Positions 36,954 through 45,531 of a stretch of 64,000 bases of DNA are shown here, in pieces. Origin of the DNA: Clostridia bacterium. GTDB lineage: Bacteria > Bacillota > Clostridia > Oscillospirales > CAG-272. Numbering within the stretch: the stretch's first letter is position 1; each line of letters opens with the position of its first letter. The notes under the pieces were generated by a model. The model was not told the origin of the DNA and made no database searches. It saw only the letters and a program-made list of their open reading frames with translations. The DNA is taken from assembly GCA_017451735.1 (NCBI GenBank), contig JAFTNU010000040.1:22101-86100 (forward strand). Direction: 5' to 3'. The position numbers and the translations under genes were made by a program.

Positions 36954-38873
36954 ATGAAAAGAAGAATTTTGTGTTTGATCTTGTGCGTGATAACGCTTGT
37001 GCCGCTGCTTGCCATTGCACCGAGCGCGGCCACCGATGTGGATGTGGCGGATGAGCTGGAAAACTATACGATTGACGGGAAAGCATTTGATCAGAGCGAT
37101 TATCCGTTGGATCCTATGGATACCGATGTGTACATTTTGACTATCCGAGAGGAGGGCGTGGATCCTGCTGTTTCGTATGTACAATGGAGTTATAAGTTCT
37201 ATATCTATTTTTATAATCCTTCCGGGAGAAATCTGACCATGAGTGATGATTCGGTCGTATTCATGACTTTCAGTGAGGAAAACGATGACACCTATGTCTC
37301 CACAGCAGAGCCATGTTACGTGGTAGATATCCAATATAGCTCGGATAACCGTTTCCTTCGGGTGCAGTATGATGTTCCCAAACTGTTTGTAAGTCAGAAT
37401 TATGACCGTCGCATCTATCATATTTATGAGTTCCGCTTTTGGGAGTATCATGCTAAGTATAATGCTTGCTTTTTTGTAACCGGCTTTGAAACAACTGATA
37501 ACTTGGCTTATAGTGAGGGATCTTTTTTGACCTTGGATTTGGAGCTGAACGGAACGGTCTGGCGTGATGAGAACTTTGTGTCTTTGGATGACCCTTATCA
37601 TTACCAGGAGCTGGCCACCGTTTATTTTACAATTCCCCAGGATGTCTATGAAGTATATGATCGTATTTATCAGGTAACGACCGAATTTTTCCTGTTTAAT
37701 TCTACGCCGATCGTTGTGACCAATTCAGAAGAATTGAACAATATGGATATTGCTTATCTGAAGTCCGGATACACGGTAGACAATTACATTGAGGGTGTTC
37801 CTACGCTTTCTTATGGTGATCTGTATTATGTAAAATATTTTGCCGGAGAACCGAATGTGTTTATTGCTCCGGAATGGGTTTATAATCCTGCAGATAAAGC
37901 ATATCTGGAGTCTATATATGATTTCTTTTCAGTATATGGATATGATTATTTTACAGAGATTTACCCGTCTTTGTGTTATTTCTTCTATAATCCCGATATT
38001 GTGGTAGACGAAAAGAACAATTCCTTTTATCAGGCGGTTCCTTCCGGTCAATTGACCTCTTATGTAGACCAGTTTTCGCAATACTATTATCCTGATACTT
38101 ATACATCATTTGTTTGCGGTATAGCTCCCGAATTGTATGAAAGCATGGAAAAGTACAATGTGGTGTTGAATCCTGAGGATATTTACGATTATGAATTGGG
38201 TACCACGATTGATAAGCCTTATGAAGATCGCAGTTGGTGGGCCCGCATTTGGAATCTGGATAAATGGCAAGAGGTTACCGAGAAGGTAAAGCAGGTTTTT
38301 GTTATAACCGATCCTGCTGCTGTTGCGGCACAGTATGCAAATGATCCGGTTGGCCTTTCCGAGGCATATAAAATTGGTGTTGCGGATGCTCCGGGCTTTA
38401 TTGAATATTTGCGCAATGCAGATGGAGTTGTGACGCTTTGTCGCTTTGCCAATACCCAGTATGAGTGTCGCGAATTGGATTGCAATCCCAAATTGACCGA
38501 TGGTGATGTGTGGCTTTGCCGGGCGAGCTTTTATCAGGATGTGGATGTCACTTTTGTGACGTTTGAAAAAGACGGTAAAGAATACGTGTATGCGGTCAAT
38601 GCTGATCCTATTGATATGGATGGTGGTGTTGGCGTCAAGAATGATGCTAATCTTAAGCCCAGCTTTAATTCAAACGAGTTTAAAAATGCCGTATATGCTT
38701 TGTTGAGCGGCGCCAGGGATGCAGGCAGTAAGTTGAAAAGCACGTTGATCATCGTGGCAATTGTCCTTCTGCTGGTATTCATTGTTTGGCTTATAGTCAA
38801 ATTATTTGGTCCGGGACAGAAGGTTACTATCAAGTACGATCCGCCAGATGGGAAAAGGAAGAGAAAAAAATAA
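36954..38873 (+). CDS. Type I membrane protein, putative attachment (pIII-like) or spike protein
   Basis: AAGGAG RBS; signal peptide ending PSAA; C-terminal TM TLIIVAIVLLLVFIVWLIV plus GKRKRKK tail. Confidence 0.78.
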   Translation: MKRRILCLILCVITLVPLLAIAPSAATDVDVADELENYTIDGKAFDQSDYPLDPMDTDVYILTIREEGVDPAVSYVQWSYKFYIYFYNPSGRNLTMSDDSVVFMTFSEENDDTYVSTAEPCYVVDIQYSSDNRFLRVQYDVPKLFVSQNYDRRIYHIYEFRFWEYHAKYNACFFVTGFETTDNLAYSEGSFLTLDLELNGTVWRDENFVSLDDPYHYQELATVYFTIPQDVYEVYDRIYQVTTEFFLFNSTPIVVTNSEELNNMDIAYLKSGYTVDNYIEGVPTLSYGDLYYVKYFAGEPNVFIAPEWVYNPADKAYLESIYDFFSVYGYDYFTEIYPSLCYFFYNPDIVVDEKNNSFYQAVPSGQLTSYVDQFSQYYYPDTYTSFVCGIAPELYESMEKYNVVLNPEDIYDYELGTTIDKPYEDRSWWARIWNLDKWQEVTEKVKQVFVITDPAAVAAQYANDPVGLSEAYKIGVADAPGFIEYLRNADGVVTLCRFANTQYECRELDCNPKLTDGDVWLCRASFYQDVDVTFVTFEKDGKEYVYAVNADPIDMDGGVGVKNDANLKPSFNSNEFKNAVYALLSGARDAGSKLKSTLIIVAIVLLLVFIVWLIVKLFGPGQKVTIKYDPPDGKRKRKK

Positions 38874-38947
38874 CAAAAATCCCCGGCTGAAATATGCCGG
38901 AGACAATAAATAGTCGTGTGGACTTAAAACACAGAAAGGAAATACAT

Positions 38948-39145
38948 ATGGCAAGAAGTTATTATGGAAACAAGGGCTACAAAGGTCGGAGCGGCAAAAA
39001 GAGCAAATATAATGATTTGCAGAGATTTGCATATAAGATGGGGCAGATTGAAAGGGGTCGAAAAAATCCTGATAGTCTGATTACCGAATCTTATAATAAC
39101 GGAAAAACACCTCGTGAAAAGAAGCAAAAGAAGTCTTTGTTTTGA
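38948..39145 (+). CDS. Small basic protein (65 aa)
   Basis: AAAGGA RBS; MARSYYGNKGYKGRSGKKSK...KKQKKSLF; followed by a terminator. Confidence 0.7.
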   Translation: MARSYYGNKGYKGRSGKKSKYNDLQRFAYKMGQIERGRKNPDSLITESYNNGKTPREKKQKKSLF

Positions 39146-39151
39146 TTAACA

Positions 39152-39184
39152 CAAAAGCACTCGCTCATAGAGCGAGTGCTTTTG
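39152..39184. terminator. Bidirectional terminator
   Basis: caaaagcactcgctc-ata-gagcgagtgcttttg. Confidence 0.85.
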
Positions 39185-39988
39185 TTATTCGTTTACTTTC
39201 CCAGGTTCGGCAAATGCAATTTTCATTTTGTAGGAGTTATTTTCGACTTCCTGTTTATTGATATATATTACGGTGATATTGTCTCTTTGGCACAACTGCG
39301 GATATATTTCCGTTTTGTAGTCTTTTGTGTTTTGATATGAGATATTGGATTTTCCATATCCCCAAAATTCTATATAAATGTTGTTAAGGATGGTGCCGTC
39401 TTTTCGTTTTAATTTTGGGATATAAAAATCTGGGGTGAGTTTGTGATTTTTATCTAATGGTATTATTTTTTCGTATGCATGCAATATTCCTGTATGATAT
39501 AGCCAATCATCTATTATTTGTTCATAAGGACTTTTGACCTTGTGCCCGTCTTCACAAAGGAAAGGAGATGCGTATTCAGCATCAAGTAGTTTAAACGAGT
39601 CGCAGTTTTCCGCTTTTAAAAACAATGTTTTGTTTTTGTATTTTGAGTAACAGTCGCGACAAAATAGATATGTTCCAGCACTATTTTCACAGATAATACA
39701 TTTTCTGTCGGTTTCATCATTTTCGAATCCATCCTGAGGAATGCAATCATCAATTAGCTCGAATTCATCACAGTTTTTGCATTGTAATGTAATAGTTTTA
39801 TTTTTGTACTGATAATAGCATTCACGGCAAAAGAGGTATTCGCCGCTATCGTTGCCACAAATAAGACACTCTCCTGACACATCCTCCCATTCTTCAAAGG
39901 ATAGATTTTCTTCGTCATTTTCTTCATAATAGCAATTTTTGCAAAGGGGGTAACGTCCGCTATATTTTCCACATTTTTCACAATACAT
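39185..39988 (-). CDS. Cargo protein with three CxxC-x9-CxxC zinc fingers and a C-terminal PD-(D/E)XK-like nuclease domain
   Basis: CEKC..LCKNC, CLIC..FCREC, CIIC..FCRDC; DGHKVKSPYE..IDDWLY..HAYE..PDFYIP..YIEFWG; AT-rich. Confidence 0.72.
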   Translation of the reverse strand: MYCEKCGKYSGRYPLCKNCYYEENDEENLSFEEWEDVSGECLICGNDSGEYLFCRECYYQYKNKTITLQCKNCDEFELIDDCIPQDGFENDETDRKCIICENSAGTYLFCRDCYSKYKNKTLFLKAENCDSFKLLDAEYASPFLCEDGHKVKSPYEQIIDDWLYHTGILHAYEKIIPLDKNHKLTPDFYIPKLKRKDGTILNNIYIEFWGYGKSNISYQNTKDYKTEIYPQLCQRDNITVIYINKQEVENNSYKMKIAFAEPGKVNE

Positions 39989-40047
39989 GGCACATACTCC
40001 TTATGTGTTTGTTGTAGCAATTATACACCCTCACCAAGTAAAAAGTC

Positions 40048-40077
40048 AAGCCCCGCGGGAATTCCCGCGGGGCTTTA
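40048..40077. terminator. Terminator after ATPase gene
   Basis: aagccccgcggg-aatt-cccgcggggcttt. Confidence 0.7.
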
Positions 40078-40095
40078 TCTTTTGAAAGTGCACTT

Positions 40096-42405
40096 TCAAT
40101 CCCTGTGTTTTCTTTGTTCCAGGTACTGCCGGAGCGCTGCGGCCAGGCGTCTTTGAGCGGGCTTGACCTCGGTGTAATAGTTGAAGTCCTCCGGATCCAG
40201 ATTCTCATTGGTCTGCATGAGCGGATCAATCGGTTCCGGCTTGTCCGCATCCACATTGTAGTAGGTAAACAGATCTCGGTTGAGGAAGGAATGCGCTTTC
40301 TTCATATCGAGCACGGTGGCGTACTTGTCCCGGTATGTGGCCAAGTCGTTCAGCCCCACCTTGCAGCGGGCGGTCTGCAGCTCGGTGAAGGCTTTGAAAT
40401 AGTCGGTGGCATAGCGCTCCGCATAGGCCTTTTTGAACATAACATAGTATTTCTTTTCCTCCACATTTTTGCTTTCCTTGCCCGCCTGGATGTTGGCCAC
40501 GGTGGTGGTCTCGCAGAGCATGTTCTGCTGATAGTATCCGTAAAGGTTTTGACGCCGAGTGAGATACCCGAACAGAGCGGAGGCAACTCCCTGGCCCAGC
40601 CAGGTGATCAGATGATGATTGCCCCATTTGAGTCGGCTCTCATTCCATACGCCCCGCCACCAGTCTATGTATTTGCCCAGGATCCCATCCTCGACCCAAA
40701 AGAGAGGCAAGGCATTACAGGTCTCCTTGTGCTTCTCGATATGCATGACCTGACAGAGTTCATGGCCGTCAGCGCCCCAGGAGGACACGCGCTGAGCATT
40801 GCAGAATACGTGCATAAAGCATCGATTGGCAAGCATGGCCGGCTGGCCCGACATTTTGAACCAGGTGTTGAACAGGTCGTTCTTCTGATTGCACTCATCC
40901 TCCCTGGCCTTGACCTCCTTCAGCTGATCCATGTTTTTGCGCTCCTTGTCGATCTCTGTGATCACCAGAACGCCAAACTCAAAGGCCCCAACATTGGGAT
41001 TGTCCTCCAGGATCTTCCGCCCCGGCCGAAGCATATCATAGTCCAGAATGTGGCAGTATTTGCCCTCGATGTGGATCCTGGCAGGATCCCGGTGAAAAAA
41101 GTCCACGTCCACTAACGGAAAGTTGCCCTCGTCCTCCAGGATGAAATCGTCACGGATCGGCAGATTGGCCAGGATGTAGGAGGTGGTCATGGTGTAGCTG
41201 AAATAAGCCTGCACGTATTCCTCCAGCGCATCCCACACGGAGATCTCCTTCAGGTTGTCGTTGAAGTAGTAGGCATACTGCTCTACATCATAATGCCAGA
41301 TCTGTGTAGGGTCCATGGAAAAGGCATAGGTCAGCCGCCGCACGCGGATCCAGTTGCGAGCTGATACCCAGTGCTTGATGGTGCCGTCGTGAATACGGTT
41401 CTTGATCTCCAGCTCAAAGGTGATCCACGGGAACCGTGGGAACTTCATTTGATTCTCATTGAGGATTTTCAGATACTCCTCCCGATCCATGGCGGCACGG
41501 GTAATGGCCATGTCGTTCTGTACCATATCCTTGCCGGCGCGCATGGGTGCCGCAAAGAAGGTGGCCTGTGGAGCCTCATTCAGCATCCCCTTGTTCTTTG
41601 CCTCCATGTGCTGGAGGCGATCCATACCCTTGCGCTGCCTCCACTTGTCAAATAGCCAGATCAAAAGCACCGCCCAGCAGATTCCCGGCAAGACATGCCA
41701 GGTCAAAAGCACATCTACCACCAGCTTGATGCATTGCCGCCCAAAGGTGGATAAATCCAGAAAATTGAGAATGTAGAAATAGTAGGCTAAGAATTCCAAT
41801 ATCAGGGTATATACGCCCAGGTATAAGAGCCAGATAGCGGCAAAAGCCGTCCACCATCGGGAGCCCCGGAAGAAGTCCCAGAAATCCAGACACCAGTCTT
41901 TGATATGACCGTAAGGCGTTGCTACGATTCGCTTGTATATCCGCAGGGGCTTTGTGTCTTGGTTGTAGTCGTTGTTGATGTCATCCCAGGTTACGATCAC
42001 AGGCATTGAGAGAAAGATCACCACGATCATGAAGATAGAAAGCCAGTAGATGATCTGCATGAAGTAGTACAGTAAGAACGACAGATATTGGAGCAGATTC
42101 TCTCCCACGAAAATATGGTCCTTTAGCTCGGTGAGCTTGCGGACGATCTCGGCCAGATCAATGCCGATCTCGCTTTGCAGATTGACTGCCGAAAAGTCGT
42201 TGACCGTCTGCTGAAACGGGAGACGGTCTCCCAACCCCAGGAGATCTGCAAAGGTGTAGGCAATGATGCGGCCGAAGTCGCCAAGGCCCTCCAGAAATCG
42301 GTAGAACGGATATTGATAGACGAACACTCCCAGGGCCACGGACCCCAGGATGATGCCAAGGCACAACCAGTGCCGGTAATTGATACTTTTCAGCTTGTTC
42401 CACAT
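40096..42405 (-). CDS. Multi-TM P-loop ATPase, pI/Zot-like morphogenesis or packaging protein (FtsK-HerA superfamily, inferred)
   Basis: Several N-terminal TM segments; Walker A variant FAAPMRAGKD; Walker B GVLVITEIDKE; HVFCNAQR. Confidence 0.7.
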   Translation of the reverse strand: MWNKLKSINYRHWLCLGIILGSVALGVFVYQYPFYRFLEGLGDFGRIIAYTFADLLGLGDRLPFQQTVNDFSAVNLQSEIGIDLAEIVRKLTELKDHIFVGENLLQYLSFLLYYFMQIIYWLSIFMIVVIFLSMPVIVTWDDINNDYNQDTKPLRIYKRIVATPYGHIKDWCLDFWDFFRGSRWWTAFAAIWLLYLGVYTLILEFLAYYFYILNFLDLSTFGRQCIKLVVDVLLTWHVLPGICWAVLLIWLFDKWRQRKGMDRLQHMEAKNKGMLNEAPQATFFAAPMRAGKDMVQNDMAITRAAMDREEYLKILNENQMKFPRFPWITFELEIKNRIHDGTIKHWVSARNWIRVRRLTYAFSMDPTQIWHYDVEQYAYYFNDNLKEISVWDALEEYVQAYFSYTMTTSYILANLPIRDDFILEDEGNFPLVDVDFFHRDPARIHIEGKYCHILDYDMLRPGRKILEDNPNVGAFEFGVLVITEIDKERKNMDQLKEVKAREDECNQKNDLFNTWFKMSGQPAMLANRCFMHVFCNAQRVSSWGADGHELCQVMHIEKHKETCNALPLFWVEDGILGKYIDWWRGVWNESRLKWGNHHLITWLGQGVASALFGYLTRRQNLYGYYQQNMLCETTTVANIQAGKESKNVEEKKYYVMFKKAYAERYATDYFKAFTELQTARCKVGLNDLATYRDKYATVLDMKKAHSFLNRDLFTYYNVDADKPEPIDPLMQTNENLDPEDFNYYTEVKPAQRRLAAALRQYLEQRKHRD

Positions 42406-42412
42406 GGTTACC

Positions 42413-42511
42413 TCATACGATGTAATAGAGCAAGAATACCAGATAGCCGAGGAACAAAGCCCCGGCTATAATGGCAAGGATGGTTAGGGTGCGTAGGAGG
42501 ATCTTTTTCAT
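42413..42511 (-). CDS. 32-aa single-TM peptide, not in ORF track
   Basis: MKKILLRTLTILAIIAGALFLGYLVFLLYYIV; AAGGAGG RBS; ATGA overlap with the upstream gene; stop runs into the ATPase RBS. Confidence 0.75.
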   Translation of the reverse strand: MKKILLRTLTILAIIAGALFLGYLVFLLYYIV

Positions 42512-42780
42512 TTGTTGTCCTCCTTATAGCATAGTTCATACATTTCCAAACGGGTATAAGTAAGATGCCGCCAGCAACCTTGCATTTCGTCCCAAAACTC
42601 GACTTCGTGATGCCAGCAATCTATATTAAGGCAACATATACATTCGAATGTTTCGCCGTCCACCGTGATCTCCCAGTGCTCTTTATCGTTATGAGCGCTG
42701 ATGATACCGCCGATAATACCGCAAATGACCACCAAGGCCAGCCATACGATCCATGTGTTATTTGAAATAAATTCAAGCAT
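42508..42780 (-). CDS. Hypothetical 90-aa protein with N-terminal TM helix
   Basis: AAGGAGG RBS; MLEFISNNTWIVWLALVVICGIIGGII. Confidence 0.65.
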   Translation of the reverse strand: MLEFISNNTWIVWLALVVICGIIGGIISAHNDKEHWEITVDGETFECICCLNIDCWHHEVEFWDEMQGCWRHLTYTRLEMYELCYKEDNK

Positions 42781-42956
42781 TTTTCTTCCTCCTTTCGTGA
42801 CGCATTTTTTTTGAGTGCCAATACAACGTGCGGGCAGTATTCGCCGTCTATACCGCGCCAAGCGCAGTCGATCATATTAGGGTGAGTTTTTTTGTATTTT
42901 TCTTTGCAGACGGTGCAAGCAAATTCCAAAAGCTCGTTTTTAGGTTCGATTTTCAT
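42621..42956 (-). CDS. Small Cys-rich hypothetical protein, 3' end uncertain
   Basis: GAAAGGA RBS; CTVC..C..C; overlaps the next gene unless the A8 run at 42805-42812 is one base too long. Confidence 0.4.
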   Translation of the reverse strand: MKIEPKNELLEFACTVCKEKYKKTHPNMIDCAWRGIDGEYCPHVVLALKKNASRKEEEKCLNLFQITHGSYGWPWWSFAVLSAVSSALITIKSTGRSRWTAKHSNVYVALI

Positions 42957-43044
42957 GTATTTTCCTTTCCGGGTGCCGAGGCACCCTGCGTGGTAGCGGA
43001 CGGGAGTAGGGCTCCGCAGGGCGGGGGCCGAAGCCCCCGTGGGT

Positions 43045-43227
43045 TTATGCCACTTCAAAAAGAATGGCAATTTTAAGCGTGTTGTTGAAATAGTCTGTAA
43101 GATCTGTCATAGCTTGAAAAATCTTAATGCCAGGGATCTCGATAACATCGTAGGCACTAAAGGCAACGCTTTTTATGTTGTATCCTTTGCTCCCTTTGCT
43201 GATGGTGAAAATAGCGGTCTTTTCCAT
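43045..43227 (-). CDS. Hypothetical protein (60 aa)
   Basis: AAGGAG RBS, packed operon. Confidence 0.6.
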   Translation of the reverse strand: MEKTAIFTISKGSKGYNIKSVAFSAYDVIEIPGIKIFQAMTDLTDYFNNTLKIAILFEVA

Positions 43228-43237
43228 ATCTTTCTCC

Positions 43238-43435
43238 TTAAAGAGTGTAATTGAAGTGTATATTTAAAAAGGTTTTGATTTTGTCTTTGAGTTGTATTGC
43301 TTCTTCAGTTGGGATGCTGTATTCAGCGATGTTTAAAGCGCGGTATATTTCAAACAAATCTGTATCAGTAAGTTGATCGATGGAGATATTGTCAGGTCCT
43401 GAAAAATGATGCCTGATAATATAAGCGTTTTTCAT
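43238..43435 (-). CDS. Hypothetical protein (65 aa)
   Basis: TAATG stop-start overlap with the upstream ORF. Confidence 0.6.
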   Translation of the reverse strand: MKNAYIIRHHFSGPDNISIDQLTDTDLFEIYRALNIAEYSIPTEEAIQLKDKIKTFLNIHFNYTL

Positions 43436-43620
43436 TAGTCATTATTTCCTTTCACTTCGATATAGATCGCATCGTTCTCGGTGTAGATATATTTGATCTC
43501 TCGCTCTGCCGCCTCCTCGACGGTCAGCACCTTGCGCCGTTCGGCCTCATAGTCATAGTAGCAAAAGACGATCCGGCATTGAATGTCGATGCCTTGGCAC
43601 TTCATATCGTTGTAGGTCAT
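43435..43620 (-). CDS. Hypothetical protein (61 aa)
   Basis: GAAAGGAAGG RBS. Confidence 0.6.
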   Translation of the reverse strand: MTYNDMKCQGIDIQCRIVFCYYDYEAERRKVLTVEEAAEREIKYIYTENDAIYIEVKGNND

Positions 43621-43650
43621 TTTCCTTCCTTTCCGCCCAAAATTGAGGGC

Positions 43651-43679
43651 TTGACAAATATTTTGGTTTGTGTTATACT
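43651..43679 (+). promoter_or_regulatory. SigA promoter (extended -10) firing antisense to the small-gene operon
   Basis: TTGACA-17-TATACT with TGn. Confidence 0.8.
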
Positions 43680-43685
43680 ATGTGT

Positions 43686-43776
43686 GCAGGTGACTAACAG
43701 GGCGGGCAGGCTCGCCCCGTTAGCCGTTAAGATACTCGAGTGCGCTCTGGGCAGAGGACTCGGGTATCTTTTTTAT
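43686..43776 (+). ncRNA. Candidate ~90-nt antisense regulatory RNA
   Basis: Promoter, hairpin ctaacagggcgggc-ag-gctcgccccgttag, then terminator aagatactcgagt...actcgggtatctt plus T run. Confidence 0.55.
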
Positions 43777-43880
43777 TTAGTTAAGTAGTCGATAAGTTGA
43801 GCAATTTCCGCATCGCTCCAGTGGAGTTTACGGAAATACTCGAAAATGCGTTGAATGTGCTTGTCATTCAAAGTGGGCAT
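43773..43880 (-). CDS. 35-aa peptide, possible regulator
   Basis: GAAAGGA RBS; MPTLNDKHIQRIFEYFRKLHWSDAEIAQLIDYLTK. Confidence 0.55.
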   Translation of the reverse strand: MPTLNDKHIQRIFEYFRKLHWSDAEIAQLIDYLTK

Positions 43881-44472
43881 TTCTTCCATCCTTTCCACCA
43901 CCTGCCAAGTAACTGCCGGCTTTTCACCCCGTGAGAGTTCTCGGCACTCACGGCTACCATCCATATCCCCCCCTTTCCCGGAACCCCAGAGCCCAACGGG
44001 CTCCGCATCCCCACCGCCGGGGCGGTGGACTTCATGCTCCTTCGGTCCCTGCTTCCCATCGCGTCCTTTCGCTCGCGAGGGATATTCAGACCTCCGGTGT
44101 GATTCCTTCATGCTCCTTTCGGTTGCCCTGTTCCCGAAGATGAAGCAGCACTGTAGACCCGCAGGGTCAAGGGATCAGACGAAAAAGTTTTCCTACCTTA
44201 AAAGTCGATCTCAGGAAAAGTTTTTCGGCCCCTTGACCATGCGAGGATACTGTGCTACGATTCGAAGCGGAACTGGGAAACAGAAAGGTGCGGGAAGAAC
44301 ACTCAAGGTAGGAATATCCGAGCAAAAGAGCGAAATCCGCGTCCCGCCATCCGCAGATGGCGAAATCCCAACATTTGAAGTAAAAGGTAGAGCAAACGGT
44401 CTGGGGGCGCGGGAGCCAGCGGGTCAGCGGCCCCGCGCCCCCAGTGCTCTCCTTGAAGGAAAGGAATAGGAT

Positions 44473-45531
44473 ATGGCATACAAGCGCATCACTTACACGC
44501 TCCGACTGGAGATAGAACGCTTCTACAACACGTTCCACATGAACGCCGTTCAGATTGCCAAGCTGCTTGGCTACTCACATGTCGCTATCTATGCCGAACT
44601 CAAAAAAGGCTATTGGATGAAAAGAAATTCCGATTGGACCGAAACCAAGCAATATAGTGCAGACAGAGCCCAGCAGAATGCAGATTTTAACAAAACTACA
44701 CGTGGCGCCCAGCTTAAAATAGAAAACGATCACGACACCCTCGCCGTGATCGAAAAATTGATGCTCAAGCGCAAACTCTCTCCCGCTTCTGCCCTCGCCA
44801 CCATTGAGAGAGAACATATTCCCGTAAAAACCAAAATGTGCGTTACAACCCTTTACCATTACATTGATAAAGGACTTTTTCGCCGTCTCACAAATAAGGA
44901 TCTTATCTATAAGGGTACAAGAAAAAGAAAATACCGCAAGGTAGAGAAAGCGAAAACTCCACCTCGCGGTACTTCTATTGATTTTCGTCCTCCTCACGTT
45001 CTCAACCGGGACGAATTTGGTCACTGGGAACTTGATAGCGTGATCGGCAAAAGAGCTAAGGGCCAAACGCTCCTTGTCCTCACAGAGCGAAAAACGCGCT
45101 TTGAGCTTGTTTTCCGTTCTAAGGATAAAACGGCCGCCTCCACCGTAAAGATGCTGGACAGGCTTGAAAAACGGCTTGGTACACCCAAGTTTAAGAAGAT
45201 TTTCAAAACAATTACGTGTGATAATGGATGCGAGTTTGCGGACTATGAAAATATGGAACTATCGACCAGAGGTAATTCCCGTAGAACAAGCGTTTATTAC
45301 TGCCACCCATATAGATCTTCTGAGCGTGGATCCAATGAGAACCAAAACGGCATCCTCCGGCGCTTCATCAAGAAGGGCACCGCTATATCACATTATACCG
45401 ATGCGGAAATAGCTCAGGCACGCGATTATTTGAACGACATGCCCCGCAAACTCTTTAATTGGGAAACGGCCCGCGAACGCTTTAATGCCGAGCTTGCCAC
45501 CCTCGGAATAAAATTTTTTGAGAAAATTTAA
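44473..45531 (+). CDS. IS30-family DDE transposase
   Basis: N-terminal HTH, GHWELDSVIG, LTERKTR, TITCDNGCEF, CHPYRSSERGSNENQNGILRRF, LNDMPRK. Confidence 0.95.
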   Translation: MAYKRITYTLRLEIERFYNTFHMNAVQIAKLLGYSHVAIYAELKKGYWMKRNSDWTETKQYSADRAQQNADFNKTTRGAQLKIENDHDTLAVIEKLMLKRKLSPASALATIEREHIPVKTKMCVTTLYHYIDKGLFRRLTNKDLIYKGTRKRKYRKVEKAKTPPRGTSIDFRPPHVLNRDEFGHWELDSVIGKRAKGQTLLVLTERKTRFELVFRSKDKTAASTVKMLDRLEKRLGTPKFKKIFKTITCDNGCEFADYENMELSTRGNSRRTSVYYCHPYRSSERGSNENQNGILRRFIKKGTAISHYTDAEIAQARDYLNDMPRKLFNWETARERFNAELATLGIKFFEKI

